A stretch of DNA of 64,000 nt from Nemertoderma westbladi (Eukaryota > Animalia > Xenacoelomorpha), in assembly GCA_032718475.1 (NCBI GenBank), contig JAUCBJ010009100.1, positions 1-64,000 on the forward strand. Reading direction: 5' to 3'. Below the pieces are notes generated by a model that saw only the letters and a program-made list of their open reading frames with translations, did no database searches and had not been told where the DNA came from. The translations under genes were made by a program, and so were the position numbers. Shown piece by piece: positions 62,964-64,000 of this stretch (its first letter is position 1; every line of letters begins with the position of its first letter).

Positions 62964-64000
62964 GAGAGAAAGCCGCCCCAATATTAGATTATTACAACAA
63001 CATATCCATTGGGTAAGAAAGTGGAGGAGAGCCAGCCCAGCCCGTCTCTTAATTTTTTACTTTATATTACGCGATCAATTTTCACTCATCTCGTCATGAA
63101 CCCAACATGTATGTAACCTTTTGTTAAATTTGTTGGCTATGCGTTTGCGGTTGTTTGGGCGGAGTGTGGTAGGCCTACACTTTTCACACTTAAATATTTT
63201 GGTTGTGAAATGTTACAGGGCATAGCTATCTGAGATATTTCATTTATATTTTATTATGAGAGGAAGAAGAACATACAACGTTATTTACTATATATGTAAC
63301 AAAATAATTGTTTTCGGGTTTAACTTGGAAGCCTCCCCAAATAGTTTATATACAATTATATTTAAAATTATTTCCATGGTCATGGTCATTCACCCGTCTT
63401 TAGTTAGAAATTTGTTTGAATGAAAGACAGTTTAGTTTAGTTTTTACTGATTTATTATCTCTTATCTGACTGGGGTAATAATAAAGGATAGGATAAATGG
63501 AAGCAAAGTGTGACAGTAACAATTATTTCCCTGACAACCTAGCATGTCTTAAGTATACGATATCTAAAAGGGGGAAGTTTGGATTCACTGCATAAATGCA
63601 GTTCACCAAACTTCCCCCGAATGCACACTGTAACTTCCCCCTTCCCCCAAATATCCACTGTTGAATTAATTTGAAGCGATATAATAAGTACAAAATTGTG
63701 CGAGTTTTTAATTGTGTAGTCCATTTGTTATTTGATCTCTATTTATTGTTTAAAGTGCATTTAATATCACACTGGTTTTTTAGAATATTACAATCTTATG
63801 TTTTATTTATTAACCCAATCGAAGCCTTAATAAGGGCCGCTTATTTGTACGCATATCCCTAATGCGCTCAGTATGAGCCAAACAACATATTAATATGAAA
63901 ATAAAGTATCTGCAAAGAAAATAACCCAATACTATATAATTTGACCTTATTAAAAAATTTGCACTTTTGCACACTTATTTGTACAAGTGCACTTCAGCAG

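Noticed and set aside
62964-64000. Host gene or continuation of the BEL-3 LTR
   Set aside because: AT-rich, no credible ORF, and no match to 48652-48959.

Overview
Eukaryotic, probably invertebrate, repeat-rich window with no recognisable host gene. A 22-bp satellite (AGTTAGATATAGTAAATCTA+TG/TT/AG; about 7056-27606, with remnants to 43775) hosts or abuts six LTR retrotransposons. Three are BEL/Pao-type: BEL-1 (<1-7055), BEL-2 (27607-38102) and BEL-3 (43793-~62963). Three are Ty3/Gypsy, Mag-like: Gypsy-A (38144-43418, intact, minus strand), Gypsy-B (44045-48553, nested in the BEL-3 5' LTR) and Gypsy-C (58058-62473, nested in the BEL-3 3' region). A 100-N gap is flanked by a ~5.7-kb duplicate that is probably an assembly overlap. 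Most notable: (1) BEL-1 carries in the env position a ~866-codon gene for a DEDDy/WRN-Mut-7-like 3'-5' exonuclease with CCHC zinc knuckles, its LTR holds an array of covarying RNA hairpins, and one hairpin top recurs inside that gene; (2) a ~160-nt structured RNA with compensatory changes is shared by unrelated BEL-2 and Gypsy-C; (3) two elements have self-complementary sequence in place of a tRNA primer-binding site; (4) insertions cluster in one minority satellite variant block. All calls were made by eye; no database search was run.
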